From: Eledone cirrhosa | Taxonomy: Eukaryota | Length of the DNA: 62,695 nt | Reading direction: 5' to 3' | Assembly (NCBI GenBank): GCA_964016885.1 | Contig: CAXHJY010001247.1 | Span: 1-62,695, forward strand | Shown here: one piece after another, positions 62,205 to 62,695 of the stretch | How the letters are laid out: the number at the start of each line of letters is the position of its first letter | Position numbering within the stretch: position 1 is the stretch's first letter | The notes under the pieces: generated by a model | Seen by the model: the letters and a program-made list of their open reading frames with translations, nothing else | Told to the model about the DNA's origin: nothing | Database searches by the model: none | Translations under genes and position numbers: made by a program

Positions 62205-62695
62205 GAGTGTACTGGGTGTATTTTATCATGACACCAGTACTACCACTTTACAGAGTGTAATTGGTTTATTATATCATGTCACCAACACTACCACTTTACA
62301 GAGTGTACTGGGTGTATTATATCATGTCACCAACACTACCACTTTACAGAGTGTAACGGATGTTTATATCATGACATCAACACTACCACTTTAAAGAGTG
62401 TATTGGGTGTATTATATCATGACACCAACACTACCACTTTAACAGAGTGTACTGGGTGTATTATATCATGACACCAACACTACCACATTACAGAGTGTAC
62501 TGGGTGTATTATATCATGTCACCAGCACTACCACATTACAGAGTGTACTGGGTGTATTTTATAGTAGCACCAGCACTACCACATTACAGAGTGTACTGGG
62601 TGTATTATATCATCTCACCAGCACTACCACATTACAGAGTGTACTGGGTGTATTATATCATGTCACCAGCACTACCACATTACAGAGTGTACTGG
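62205..62695. repeat. 48-bp minisatellite, runs off the window end
   Basis: Unit cagagtgtactgggtgtattatatcatgtcaccagcactaccacatta, for example at 62491 and 62539. Confidence 0.95.

Overview
Repeat-saturated eukaryotic genomic DNA with no recognisable host gene. The SINE/LINE set and (TA)n richness suggest an octopus or other cephalopod, which is an inference. Multi-kb G-interrupted (TA)n tracts separate a series of insertions: three RTE-clade LINE families with a PHD-like finger inside the RT, a CR1-type LINE, an internally deleted RTE derivative, two tRNA-SINE families, tandem non-autonomous Helitrons, and three 5'-truncated Penelope-like elements (PLEs) with a CxCx5C linker and C-terminal GIY-YIG nuclease (Hydra-clade-like). 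The main signal is RNA rather than protein. By eye I find about 22 type I hammerhead ribozyme (HHR) motifs, some partial or degenerate, in about 9 sequence families. They include a non-coding, hairpin-rich 465/467-bp tandem array with one minimal HHR per unit (38167-41832, retrozyme-like), a 310-bp HHR unit, and a conserved non-canonical CAGAAGA-core HHR that also occurs inside Helitrons. A 259-bp tRNA-headed unit and a roughly 570-bp circularly permuted unit share the same tandem-plus-inversion architecture inside (TA)n. Together these suggest a (TA)n-targeted PLE plus retrozyme/circRNA system. The long Y/I/M/C-rich ORFs are microsatellite artefacts. All folds were derived by eye and none was computed.
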